The notes under the pieces were generated by a model. The model was given only the letters and a program-made list of their open reading frames with translations. It searched no databases and was not told the DNA's origin. DNA of 64,000 bases. Source: a virus. Location of the stretch: the IMG/VR virus record IMGVR_UViG_3300029922_000029, positions 44,700 through 108,699 of that record, one strand, 5' to 3'. Position numbers and translations under genes: made by a program. This document shows, piece after piece, positions 46,992 through 57,411 of this stretch (position 1 is the stretch's first letter; each line of letters starts with the position of its first letter).

Positions 46992-47181
46992 CCATCGAGC
47001 AGCCTGGCAAAATAATACACAATAGCGGTATAAGTTCCTTGGCAATGGAAGCAATTTCATTGTGAGTCATCGTAGTGGTAGATGATTCGGGTCAGACCCA
47101 TAGCCAAGAGGGCCGTGCATCTGAGGCCCAAGAATAATGCAGCCGGGAATCTACGATTGCTTAGGGCGTGAGAAACCTTAA

Positions 47182-47865
47182 ATGACAATCGCGATTTTCA
47201 AGGAGAATGTGTGTATGGGTTCTATGCGAGAACAGGGGTTCATGGGGGAAGCGTTGCATCAGATTCGGCACAGTGGTGAGCTGGATGTGATTCATCAGAA
47301 AAGCATTAAACAAGTGGAAGCAGCTTATGCACCCGGCATTAGCCAGGTGTCGACGCTGTTCCTGCTACCAGACAATACGATCGTGGATGATCTGGAAACT
47401 CTTTGCGAGGTCGAGTGCATCATCAGGACTCACCAAACCAAAGAGCCGGCATGGATCGACGCCCCTCACTGGAGGGGCTATGAGCTCGGCTCGATCAAGG
47501 CGCGCTGGAGGGATTACCATCTCCTGAATCGTTCCCGTTATCGTTCCTCGTTCAATACGGACGCGGGCGATGTCAGACCAGACGAGCTCGAGGCGATGGC
47601 GACACTGGTACAGAGTGACTCGGGGCTTTTGGCGCTGAAGAAGCTCCAACTCTGGATCCGACAGGGCGAGATGAACGCGCCCTCCTATCTGGGGCCATTG
47701 CCGAATACAGAGCCCGTGAAACGGTTCTTGAGGAGGCTCTACCCGCTGGACAAGTTCATGACGCCTGAGCGTATGACGGCTATCCAGCATCAAGAGGCGG
47801 CTCGTCTCAAGTGGTGTTCGCTCGGAGTGAATACTGCGTTCTGGTATCTGGGAAACCAGAGATGA
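47182..47865 (+). CDS. Hypothetical protein
   Basis: 227-aa ORF; start may lie a few codons downstream (AGGAG at ~47200). Confidence 0.6.
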   Translation: MTIAIFKENVCMGSMREQGFMGEALHQIRHSGELDVIHQKSIKQVEAAYAPGISQVSTLFLLPDNTIVDDLETLCEVECIIRTHQTKEPAWIDAPHWRGYELGSIKARWRDYHLLNRSRYRSSFNTDAGDVRPDELEAMATLVQSDSGLLALKKLQLWIRQGEMNAPSYLGPLPNTEPVKRFLRRLYPLDKFMTPERMTAIQHQEAARLKWCSLGVNTAFWYLGNQR

Positions 47866-48155
47866 GAGCAATGAGAATACCGGCAGTCGCTCATGGCTGT
47901 AAGGTACCCGCTGACCTCAAAGGAGCAATTGAAGACACGATCGTGCTGTGTCCGTACTGCGGGACAGAGCGAAGTGAAGTATTTGAAATGTGCTGCAATG
48001 AGGTTCACTTGGAGCGTCACAACATCCGATCCTATGTGTGCGGATGCGTGGAGTTCTACAGTCTCCTCACTGGAAAAACGTATCCTGAGGCTTGTGAAGA
48101 GACTCAGGTTCAGTTGCACTGAAGTAACAACTGAGTAGTAGTTGAAGTAACAACC

Positions 48156-48196
48156 AAGGCCCCGCTCTCCGTGGTGGAGGGTGGGGCCTTTTTTAT
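48156..48196 (+). terminator. Intrinsic terminator
   Basis: AAGGCCCCGCTCTCC...GGAGGGTGGGGCCTTTTTT. Confidence 0.7.
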
Positions 48197-48210
48197 TGGG
48201 AGGAAATATT

Positions 48211-48744
48211 ATGTTGACAAATGAATCTGATTTTAAAGAAGTTTTTACTAAGTATTTTGGCACGCATTTTTCTCTTTCCCAAACCAGAAAAGCTATATTT
48301 AAAGACTTGCGTCGCATCGAAGAGGAAAAGAAAGTTGGTATTTTTGGTGATACTACCGCAAGACTAGGAATGACCGTAGAAGCTTTCGCCAAAGATGAAA
48401 AATTACCTGTGCGTGCTCAGAATGCACTTTCGAATCTTGGGTGTGAATATGTCTGCCAGATTGTAGTTTTCACTAGAGATGAGGCGAAGAACTCCTGTCG
48501 AAATCTTGGTAACAAGTCTTTGGATGTTATTGAGGCTGGCCTTCGGAAAAATAACCTCTTCTTTGGCATGGATCTGTTTGCATACACACCTCCAGAGGGT
48601 GTGTGTATTGAGAAGATTAAAAATGGGGAGAACAGCTTCACTATAAAAGGCAGCCATGAGCGGTCGGTAGAACGGTATCGTAAAACGAGAGAGAATGCGA
48701 CCTTGAGGAGGATCCATGAAGCTCAGTCAAATCATACTGCCTGA
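48211..48744 (+). CDS. Protein containing RNA polymerase alpha-subunit C-terminal domain
   Basis: 'LPVRAQNALSNLGCEYVCQIV...RNLGNKSLDVIEAGL' matches the alpha-CTD pattern L.VR..NCL....I..I..L...NLG.KSL..I...L. Confidence 0.8.
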   Translation: MLTNESDFKEVFTKYFGTHFSLSQTRKAIFKDLRRIEEEKKVGIFGDTTARLGMTVEAFAKDEKLPVRAQNALSNLGCEYVCQIVVFTRDEAKNSCRNLGNKSLDVIEAGLRKNNLFFGMDLFAYTPPEGVCIEKIKNGENSFTIKGSHERSVERYRKTRENATLRRIHEAQSNHTA

Positions 48745-49735
48745 GATTATCCTGGGACGCCGCGGTCACCCGAAAGTGATCGAGTTCTACAGGCAACAGA
48801 TGAATGCTTGTAAACTTCAGGCCGATAAAGACGGGATCATGCGGTGGTGCGCCCCCGCAGGCATCACGATGTACGGTGATGACAATAATGACATCACCGC
48901 CAATCACATGATTGTGTGCCGATTTTTTCGGGACGGGAATGGGGAATCCTACTATATTCCTAAGGCTTTCGCACAGGCCCTATCTCGTGTCGATCGGGAA
49001 ATTCCAATCGATATCCTCTCTACCGGAAAACGTGAAGTCGTTCATCTGCAGTTCGCTTCTGGCGCGCTCAAAGATGATACTGGCCCCATCAGCGGCGCAA
49101 TTGTCGTCATTGATACGATTGACGGATTGGGCTACCGGAATAAAACGGGGTCAGACGACAATGATCTCGCTCTCTCGCTTTCTTACTATGGGATTGATGA
49201 AGATCATCCGGAGATGGGGCCAACGGTCGTGACCAAGCTCTCTTGTCCACTCTCTCGGAGCAAGGTGGCCGGGATCACAAATGCGATTGACGAGCTGAAT
49301 CTTGAGGGGCACCGGGATCCAGAGGAACGTCGTGCATCAAGGCTGCCCGTTTATAGAGCGATCATCAATGCTCTCATCTATCTGCGGAGCGCGGATCCAG
49401 AAATCATGAAACTTCGTCCACTCGCTGAGTTGACGAACAAGAAGCGTGTCGAAGAGAAGCACCGAGTCCCCGTTCACAACGAGCTCACGGTGCCTATCAG
49501 TGTCTTGAACTGGGGATACCACGAGGGCAACAGTTACTCTGTTGATTCATCGTTCGTGCAAACCCATATGCGGTGGCAACGGTGTGGTCCGGGGCTGTCG
49601 CAAGTGAAGCTGGTGTGGGTGCGTGAGCACGAGCGCCGTTACAAAAAGGGGGAAGAAAATGGACTTAGCAGAGACGTACAGAGCAGCAGTAGCGATGGAG
49701 CCGATTCAGTTGGACCAGTGGAAGCCGGGGGATGA
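48716..49735 (+). CDS. Conserved phage hypothetical protein
   Basis: C-terminal 'V..H.RWQ..G.....KL.WV..H' motif seen in phage proteins. Confidence 0.65.
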   Translation: MKLSQIILPEIILGRRGHPKVIEFYRQQMNACKLQADKDGIMRWCAPAGITMYGDDNNDITANHMIVCRFFRDGNGESYYIPKAFAQALSRVDREIPIDILSTGKREVVHLQFASGALKDDTGPISGAIVVIDTIDGLGYRNKTGSDDNDLALSLSYYGIDEDHPEMGPTVVTKLSCPLSRSKVAGITNAIDELNLEGHRDPEERRASRLPVYRAIINALIYLRSADPEIMKLRPLAELTNKKRVEEKHRVPVHNELTVPISVLNWGYHEGNSYSVDSSFVQTHMRWQRCGPGLSQVKLVWVREHERRYKKGEENGLSRDVQSSSSDGADSVGPVEAGG

Positions 49736-50309
49736 ATGCTTGGTTCCCACTCCCGGGGATCCGTCTACGGCGTTCGAAGGCCGGATCTATAAACTCTATC
49801 GGGATCAGGGCATAGCGGTAGTTCGATGTCCGGGATCCGTGGAGCTCAGGGTCAAAATTTCTGAACTGCTTCCGCGGAAGGCGGCTGGCTAATGGAAAAG
49901 AAACTCAGCTTTTCGATTCAATGCCGGTCATTCGACGTAGCCCTTCATGAAGCTACCCAAAAGGCAGCCGACTGGATGAGCGATCGGGATGAGGTCGAGC
50001 GGAAGCCTTTGGAGCTCCGGCATTCGGGGACACAAGTGAACATCGATACGTTCCGCAGAGGGAACGATGTGACGCTTCATCATTTTGAGATCTATGAGTA
50101 AAAAACTTCATGCGTTTGGCGTTAGAGCTGAGAGTATGGTGTTTGCTTTTGATATCGCCAGGCAACGCCTTCGTAAATGGGTGAACAAACAGCACACGGT
50201 GCCCGAGTTCCTGGTGCTCCGCTTAGTTGGAATGGAGCAGACGTTCGACTGTAAGCGAGTAGACTGGCTTACGCCGCTCTATCGGTTTGAGGTCCATGAA
50301 GAAGAATAA
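49659..50309 (+). other. Three short hypothetical genes (49659-49892 SH3/KOW-like, 49892-50101, ~50094-50309)
   Basis: Coupled ORFs ending at a convergent hairpin (~50313-50346). Confidence 0.55.
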
Positions 50310-50348
50310 TTGAAACCGCATGGCTCCGATGGGGCTGTGCGGTTTTCT

Positions 50349-52088
50349 TTAGCCAGGCTCCCCATAGTAGCGTCTGGCTGCCTCACGGCAGAACAGAATC
50401 GAGTGTGCTGCATCATCCGGCTCGCTGGGTTTATGATCGTACTTAAGGCCGGAACGCCCCGCTCCGCCGCCGTACTCGGCGTGGATCGCGAGCACATCCT
50501 TGAGGAAGGGTTGTGACTGCTCCCATCGCGGAAAGATGTAGCGGCCCATCTTCATGTCATCAAACATATCAGTCATGACTTCCGTCCGGTTCAGTTGAAC
50601 TTTGTGGCCGATCTCATCATATTTACTGCGTTCACGTTGACTACAGTGTTGGAACTTGATCAGACGATCCGCACCGAAGACTTCTTCGATTGTGTCGTTT
50701 ACACCAAACCCAAAGCCAAAGTCAGCACCGATCAGCTTTACACCGAAGGCAGTGCAGACGCTCAAAATATCTCTTACACAATTTCTAGGTAAAGCATTGT
50801 CTCCGGTGTATCTACGCTGAAAAAGAATCTGAAACTTCCCAGGAGTAATCATCGCACCAAGCGTGAGTATGGTGTAAGAAGCTATTTTCAGCTTCCCCGT
50901 CAACCCTCTCTCACTCCCGTCCTGTCCTGATCCCCAGTCAATCCCGCCTATAATAGTCAAGCTATTTGTGTGGGCCGTAGGGTGGGTAAAGTAACTCAGG
51001 TTGGGAGCACAAATCCTCTGTAATTCCCCTTGTGTAATTGGCATTGAAGCCGAATCGTGGGGAAGCGCGAGCACTTCGTTTTTGAAGCTAGCGGTAGAAT
51101 AAGTACGCTGTTTAAAGAGCAGATCACTCCACTTGGATGCGCTCTGCTGCCAGGGCACCATGAGAGCGCAGACACGGAAGCCCAGCACATCTTTCGTGTC
51201 ACTAAAACTAAACCATTTTCCGTTTGCAGGGTTGATAGGCTTCTGGCACTTATTGCAAATGACCCCCAGTGGTCCGATGCACCGCTCGTCCATATAGTTG
51301 TAGTGGGCTGGTGTGTGGCGATCGCATGGTACGAGCCACTCGTTCATTGATGAGTTATTAAATAGGTGCTGAAGATAATTTGAGCTTGATAGGGGGGTCC
51401 CGCTGAAGGTAGCCGTAGGAAACGGCTCATGAGACTGACACTCAAGGATGACGGGAATGTTTCCAGACAACATATTCTGGAGCTCATCAATTGCAATTTC
51501 TGATGCGGTGCATCCGCGGACTCGGTCTGCGTTTAGAAAGGCAGACCTCAACATAATCAGGGATCCGTTGGCTAATGATTTCTCCTGGGCCTGGTCAATC
51601 TCGGCTGTTGATAAAAAATATTTCGATATGATTGGAGAATCATGCATCCATGGCGACAGTTTAGCCGACCCGAACTGTCTGGTCTGTAAAGCTGAAGGAC
51701 TTACGTACAATGACTTGTTGTACGGTTTAATACACGAGTTAACTATAATCTGGTTTGCGAGCATTGTGCTTTTTTCAGTTTGGCGGCTGAAAAGGAGTAC
51801 TTTTCTTGGGTGCTGGATATTATAGATAGGAAGCAGGTAATTGCGCCCAGTGAAGGAAAATGGGGCTCCATCGAGCCACACCAGGTTTCGAATCCACGAG
51901 GCTGGTGTGGCTCTAATTAGTTTTTTCACGCTTCCATCGGACTGAAGAAGGCTTTGTATGGCCCATGCTTTTTTCTGCGGTGTCCGGGACCTTATTGCTG
52001 AGTTGGATGATGCCCTGCTATTTTCCTCTGGTGTGTAATTAGCCTCGGCGGATTCGGCTAGTTCTTCTTCATTAAGCTGTTCGGACAT
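50349..52088 (-). CDS. terL: Terminase large subunit
   Basis: Walker A 'SRQTEKST', Walker B 'IAIDELQ', 'SGTP' coupling motif, RNase H-like 'GIDWG', C-terminal 'PDDAAHS'. Confidence 0.9.
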   Translation of the reverse strand: MSEQLNEEELAESAEANYTPEENSRASSNSAIRSRTPQKKAWAIQSLLQSDGSVKKLIRATPASWIRNLVWLDGAPFSFTGRNYLLPIYNIQHPRKVLLFSRQTEKSTMLANQIIVNSCIKPYNKSLYVSPSALQTRQFGSAKLSPWMHDSPIISKYFLSTAEIDQAQEKSLANGSLIMLRSAFLNADRVRGCTASEIAIDELQNMLSGNIPVILECQSHEPFPTATFSGTPLSSSNYLQHLFNNSSMNEWLVPCDRHTPAHYNYMDERCIGPLGVICNKCQKPINPANGKWFSFSDTKDVLGFRVCALMVPWQQSASKWSDLLFKQRTYSTASFKNEVLALPHDSASMPITQGELQRICAPNLSYFTHPTAHTNSLTIIGGIDWGSGQDGSERGLTGKLKIASYTILTLGAMITPGKFQILFQRRYTGDNALPRNCVRDILSVCTAFGVKLIGADFGFGFGVNDTIEEVFGADRLIKFQHCSQRERSKYDEIGHKVQLNRTEVMTDMFDDMKMGRYIFPRWEQSQPFLKDVLAIHAEYGGGAGRSGLKYDHKPSEPDDAAHSILFCREAARRYYGEPG

Positions 52089-53286
52089 TCCTAGCCTCAC
52101 GGAGACTCAATCTAAAATCCAGTGCAGAACTTAACCAGAGCTTAAACTCTTCAACGGATCTATCGCTTTTTATGATGTTGCAGTATCTGCAGCAAGAGCA
52201 TACATTACCAACCACATATCCTAGATCACTGTTGATTCTGTCAATTCCACTATAAACGATCTCTCTTCTTTTATTTATATGCCTATTCCCATCGTTAGCT
52301 TTTGCGAATGGTGGATTTTTACAGTAGGTGCAATTTCCAGCCAATAAAGACTTGAAGTAATCAAAATCTAAATCAAAATTAATGTCCTTCTTCCTTTTCT
52401 TGGCCATGATTCTATAAGTGCTAAAAATATGTCTTTCTATGACTGGTACAGAGATATACTCACTTTTTGGGATAACGCCAGACTCTCTTATGTCTAGGGA
52501 CGCCTCCATCCACCTTAAGTAGTCCGCTACAGGATGCTCTCTTTTCGCCCTATTACAGGCTTTACAGCAAGTGACCACATTGCCAGTCGTATAGCTTCCG
52601 TTACTTTCCACCCTGTCTAATCCGTTGTAACTAACCTTATGTGTATATAGCTCTCTCTTAACTAATACTGTCGCCGCGGGGGGGCAGTTGCAGTAATTGC
52701 AATTCATCCCTATCAACTCAAGGAATTTCTCGTATCCAATCTCAAAAAGGAGTCCTCGTTCTTTCGCGTGCCAGATATAGGAGCCATAAAGACCCTTCTC
52801 AATAGTTTGTGGACTGCGAATTTTTTTAGCTCTTTCTACATTTGCACAACCACAACTAGTGGTATGCCCATCTCTGATGCTTGCAAGTCGCGTCTCAATC
52901 TCGCCTGAGCATCCTGCAACTTTGCCATCACAATCACACTTAGCTAGAATAACTGCTCTACCTCGATATGAGCCTGTAATTCTTACTACGGTAAGGCGAT
53001 TGAACTTTTGCCCAGATGGGTCTGATCCATTCCATCTGTTTGTTTTACTTGGACCACGGTAGTCTTTTGCGTAACAGTCTCTACACATCTCCTTGCAAGA
53101 GACATCCTTCAGGCATCCTAATGTCTTGCATGGACGAATTACTTTTTTAAGCTTTTTAGAAACACCTGGATCTCCATACTTTTGAAATGCACGCATATGA
53201 CTGCGACACATTTTATGTGTCCTATTTTCCCACGGTTTTCCACAGGAATTATAGATGCAAGACGTACCTAAGAAGATGGTTGGCAT
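52072..53286 (-). CDS. HNH endonuclease with two tandem HNH domains
   Basis: 'CNYC...NGLDRVES...Y...NVVTCC..CN' and 'CTYC...GIDRINS..GY...NVCSCC..CN'; N-terminal Cys/His fingers; AT-rich. Confidence 0.85.
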   Translation of the reverse strand: MPTIFLGTSCIYNSCGKPWENRTHKMCRSHMRAFQKYGDPGVSKKLKKVIRPCKTLGCLKDVSCKEMCRDCYAKDYRGPSKTNRWNGSDPSGQKFNRLTVVRITGSYRGRAVILAKCDCDGKVAGCSGEIETRLASIRDGHTTSCGCANVERAKKIRSPQTIEKGLYGSYIWHAKERGLLFEIGYEKFLELIGMNCNYCNCPPAATVLVKRELYTHKVSYNGLDRVESNGSYTTGNVVTCCKACNRAKREHPVADYLRWMEASLDIRESGVIPKSEYISVPVIERHIFSTYRIMAKKRKKDINFDLDFDYFKSLLAGNCTYCKNPPFAKANDGNRHINKRREIVYSGIDRINSDLGYVVGNVCSCCRYCNIIKSDRSVEEFKLWLSSALDFRLSLREARNVRTA

Positions 53287-53315
53287 ATCTAAAGCCTACC
53301 TCCGCCTTCGCAGGA

Positions 53316-53933
53316 CTACAAGTGATCTCGGGCGTTTCGGTCTACCATCGAGAAGTGCTTATTCCAAGCCTCATTCGTAGTCTTCGCCGGCGTCACAAAA
53401 CCATCAAGGTCTAGGATCGCCTGCTTGATCTGCCGGCATGAGATGTCTGGATCCATCCCTCCCGTGCCAGTACAAAGCCCAGGAAACGCGATCGATCTTT
53501 CCCGCGGCTCACTCACGACGTACCGATCACAGTGCCGGGCTGCCAGGATCGCGGCGCGCGCAGCTAAGTAAGCATTCACTGTCGACGCGACTTGCATCGG
53601 GACCCGCATGGTCGGAGCAACAATCAAGAGAGGAATGACAAAGTCCTCGGTCGGCTGGATAAAGGCGCAGCCCACCGGAAGTTCTCCATTCCAATTGGAC
53701 TGGATGGCGTGCTGTACCATCCTCTGGATACCGGGGAATCTTTCTATGTAAGCAGCATCGACCCCGCCATCCATAAATCCGAAGCTATTGGCCGGCGACA
53801 CGACCGCATCCACCGACTTGAGTTTTGTGATGTCGCCCTCCACGATCGCGACGTTCGACATCGGAGCCAGGTGCTTGCGGTAGGCGGCGAGGAGTTTTTT
53901 GTCTCCGGGGAGAGCGACGAAGATGAGGTTCAT
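53316..53933 (-). CDS. Macrodomain protein (ADP-ribose hydrolase-like)
   Basis: 'GDI', 'DAVVSPANSFGFMDGGVD', 'APTM', 'AFPGLCTGTG'. Confidence 0.9.
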   Translation of the reverse strand: MNLIFVALPGDKKLLAAYRKHLAPMSNVAIVEGDITKLKSVDAVVSPANSFGFMDGGVDAAYIERFPGIQRMVQHAIQSNWNGELPVGCAFIQPTEDFVIPLLIVAPTMRVPMQVASTVNAYLAARAAILAARHCDRYVVSEPRERSIAFPGLCTGTGGMDPDISCRQIKQAILDLDGFVTPAKTTNEAWNKHFSMVDRNARDHL

Positions 53934-55195
53934 TTTTTATTCCCAAAAACATTTTTCCAGTTCTTCTGAATCCGTTCGCGCCCAATAGAGTCTTTACACT
54001 CCTGAATGGACCTATTGAATCCCTCTCTCGAGTACGGTTTGTATCCGGGTATACTTTTTGAGGCCAACCAATAAAGCACTCGGAAGCAAGCGCTACGGTG
54101 AGTGCACCAGTCGTCGGCAATATTCATGAAGAAGCTTGCCAGGCTGAGTCGGAAAATCATTTTTTCGCCTCAGGCGTCTTCATGTACATCCAGGTGGGAT
54201 CGATCAGCTCAAGGCTTTGAGTGCCATGATCCTCTGGGTTGCTCCAGTCAATCTTGAGTGCCGTCTGAATGGAGCAGAACCCATAGAGAGCGAGCTCCTC
54301 GGCGATCAGATCAATTTTGTCGTCGAGTTTAATTCTCCACTGTGTCTTGAGTTTCTGGAATTCGCTGTCAAAACTCGGGCTCGACAATTTGAGTTGGAGT
54401 CGGGTGGTTTGTTGTTCTTTTGTGATGACTGGGTTCATTTTAGCTCCTTCATGATTTGTTCAACCACCAAAGCCTCTCTCCAGCCACACAAAAGCGAACC
54501 TATCGTGGACACCTGGTAGATAGCGTTTAGCTTCTCCCAATGCTTCACATGATTCCAGAGAAAGATCGAACAATTGTGGGGTGTCCAGCCGGCATGCAAG
54601 AGTTCGTCTGCCCATGCAACATCCAAGGTCTTAGCTTTTTGGTACTGTACCCAGAGTGGATGGGCGTGGATCACCTGGAGCAGCCGGAGAGGCTCTTCTG
54701 GTTTTTCAGTTGCGGTCTCCTGATACATGGAGAGCTCCTCTTTCCCCAGCCGTTCCGGATAATGAGTAAGCGCGTAGTTTTTGTATTCCTGCTCCATAGC
54801 CCTTCAATCAACTCCTGAGATGAAGGCTGCTTTAAGGGGCCATCAGGCACCGGCCCCATCCAACGGGGAGGCATCTCATGCATCATCCAGCTGCGGACCT
54901 CTGTATCCGCGGACTCCTCCAGATATTTTTTTAAGTAAAGGTCTTCGGCCTGCTCATTGATCCAGATTTTGCCGACTTCTGGGTGCTCTGGTTTCGGCTG
55001 CACCACCACGATCTTTTTCAGCACCTGGTCGAGCGCTGTGGGCGAAAAGAACATCTTGTCGATGAAGCCGGCAGGCATACCATCAATCGCGAACCGAACG
55101 CCTTGGGCTACGATCAGAGCGCCGTCCGCGGTGGTCTTTTCAATCGAAATGATTGTGAAGGGTTGGGATGAGTTGAGGAGATCGGAAGGGCTCAT
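53930..55195 (-). other. Four hypothetical genes (53930-54160, 54157-54438, 54435-54797, 54671-55195)
   Basis: Coupled ORFs; upstream TTGCCT-N17-TAGGAG promoter-like sequence on the - strand. Confidence 0.6.
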
Positions 55196-55251
55196 AGCCC
55201 ACTCCTAGCACCCCAGAAAAGACTAGGCAACAAATTCTCACCCATTATTCA

Positions 55252-55295
55252 TTATGCATACAATTCAGTCATCCCTCACTGAATTGTATGCATAA
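55252..55295. repeat. Perfect 18-bp inverted repeat
   Basis: TTATGCATACAATTCAGT-N8-ACTGAATTGTATGCATAA. Confidence 0.9.
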
Positions 55296-55479
55296 GCGTG
55301 ACGGTATGCGTCGCACACTGGCGGAAACCGAACAGCCTTTTTTCAGAAAAACTGTGCGTCATTTTCTGTAACCCTGAGTGGTACTCCACTTACTCAGAGT
55401 TACAGACTCACCGCACTATATTAGGACTATGCTACAACCGTTTGAGTCGGTTGCCTGCCGCATATTGCAAACCATGATC

Positions 55480-56010
55480 CCTGATCCCACACCCAACAAC
55501 CCACCTGGAACGCCTAGATCTGTAGGGGACCCCGACAATCCTCATGACTTACTGTGTTACCACCCAACCGTGCACCCAAATCAATTGGGTGCAGCTGGCC
55601 TTAATGATTACATAGACTTAACCCCTTCTGCACCCAACCACCCAACTTCTACTACTAGAGAGCAAGTTTATAGGGAATATTTTATTTCGAGGTACCAGAC
55701 CGGAGTTGTAGTCTATTCTCAATAAAGCCAGTAACCATTTGATTACACTAGGCTATAGTAGATAATGATGCATAAATACAAGACTAGTTAAGTAGGTAGT
55801 ATTGAGTGTTAAAAAACCCTGTTGAACGTACAATACTAGGACTGGGGAGTTGGGTGCGTTTATTCCCCTATAAACCTAGTCTCTAGATAGATTCTTTGGC
55901 TTTTTGGGTGCGCCGCAAAGCGTTACCTAATAATATCAATAAGAAGGATCTGTGTTTTGCCCCCACCTTTTTTGGGTGCAGCTATGGATGGGTAAACCAG
56001 TCAAGATTAG
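55480..56010. other. Putative replication origin: inverted iterons flanking an AT-rich core
   Basis: (G)CACCCAA copies left, TTGGGTGC copies right; imperfect ~26-bp inverted repeat 55655-79/55861-88. Confidence 0.55.
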
Positions 56011-56155
56011 AAACAGACCAATTGTCAAGTGACTCGTGGCGTTGTTAGGTGGGAATAGTTGAGTATGACGCGAAGTTGACTAAGGATTGTTAAGAAGATC
56101 GGGTATGAGAGCTCGTATAATCGAGGAGAGGACAAAGCCCAATTCAACTAAAAGA

Positions 56156-57307
56156 CTAGAGCCCCACGTTCCCGCGCCCCGGATCCTGGCCAAGCGCGCC
56201 CGGCTTCTCGAAGCTGAGTGGGTCACTCTCTAGATCTGGCTGGGTGGTGGGTGGCACTGGGGCCTCAGGCGCGTTTACAGGCGCCACAGGGAGTTCAAGC
56301 TGGGGATCGGGCGCCACGGGGGGCGCAGCCGGCTCCGGAGTGAAGGTAACGGCCTGGGGAGGCAACCTGAGCTTGCCCTGGGCGTCCTGGGGTGATGTCG
56401 GCATGGCGGAGCGGATGATCTCCTCACTGGCCGCCTCGATCTGAGAAGGGACGTACTCGAACTCGGTCTGGATGAACTTGAGGAGGTCGCCCTGGCTCTT
56501 GCCACTGAACTTCTGGAACCGGTCGCCAGCGTCCATGCCGACCTTAGCCCACTTGCGGGCTTCGGCCTCACCGCCAGCTACGTTCAGCCGGGCGTGGTGG
56601 CGTAATTTCATTTCGGCGAGGGCCAACACACTCTTTAAGTAGTCGGTATATTGCCGACGCGTCGGCAAGTTGCAGAGCTGCAGTACGGCATCCACACCTT
56701 GGGTGAGTGCGGCATGATAACGCGCGTAGCTATAGGGATCTTCCTGGAGACTCGCGAGGTACTGTCGCCAGTCCGAGATCTGCATGGCCTTCCAGTCGAA
56801 GAAGTACCTCTCATAGAGCTCGATCGCCGGCGTCGACGGTACGCGCTGGCTCCCGTTCTCCGTCATGATCTCGGTCAGCTCGACGTGGGTGAGGCCGGCA
56901 AGTCTGAGACAGTCGACGGTGACGCGGAGGACGGGGTCCTGGAGGAGGGTTCCAACTTCGGTCCACAACTCTTTCAGTGTATCGGACGACTTCAACATCC
57001 GTTGAAGGTAGATCTCGGAGAAGCCAAGGCGGTCCCAATAGGCGCTGTCCTCGGGGCTGTAAATTTTCTTCTGGAGGCGCCTCAAGAGCGAACTGGGCGG
57101 CTTAATCTGCTCTTGAGAGCCGGCCGCCTCGATCGCTTGCCGCGAAGGCTCAGGAATCTGGAGCTTGCCGTAAAATGCCTTGATAGCGGGTTCGGGATTC
57201 CCTTCGAGACTGATCCAGCGGAGGTGACGGCCGTATGGAAGAACGGGACTGCGGGGATCAGCGTCCGGAACTTCGAGAGCGGGAAATAGAAGACTGTCAA
57301 GTGACAT
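56156..57307 (-). CDS. Hypothetical protein, Pro-rich C-terminus
   Basis: 383-aa ORF with coding-like composition. Confidence 0.65.
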   Translation of the reverse strand: MSLDSLLFPALEVPDADPRSPVLPYGRHLRWISLEGNPEPAIKAFYGKLQIPEPSRQAIEAAGSQEQIKPPSSLLRRLQKKIYSPEDSAYWDRLGFSEIYLQRMLKSSDTLKELWTEVGTLLQDPVLRVTVDCLRLAGLTHVELTEIMTENGSQRVPSTPAIELYERYFFDWKAMQISDWRQYLASLQEDPYSYARYHAALTQGVDAVLQLCNLPTRRQYTDYLKSVLALAEMKLRHHARLNVAGGEAEARKWAKVGMDAGDRFQKFSGKSQGDLLKFIQTEFEYVPSQIEAASEEIIRSAMPTSPQDAQGKLRLPPQAVTFTPEPAAPPVAPDPQLELPVAPVNAPEAPVPPTTQPDLESDPLSFEKPGALGQDPGRGNVGL

Positions 57308-57411
57308 CTTCTAAAGAATCTCATCTGTGCGGCGCGTTAGCAAGCTTGAATCAGGCGACTATAGGGGGTTCCATAAAAGTATGGAGGCTGCTCACTTTAT
57401 TTTTACGTCTC

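Noticed and set aside
55378-55725. 115-aa ORF inside the origin-like region
   Set aside because: No SD; Pro/His/Thr content simply reflects the CACCCAA repeats.
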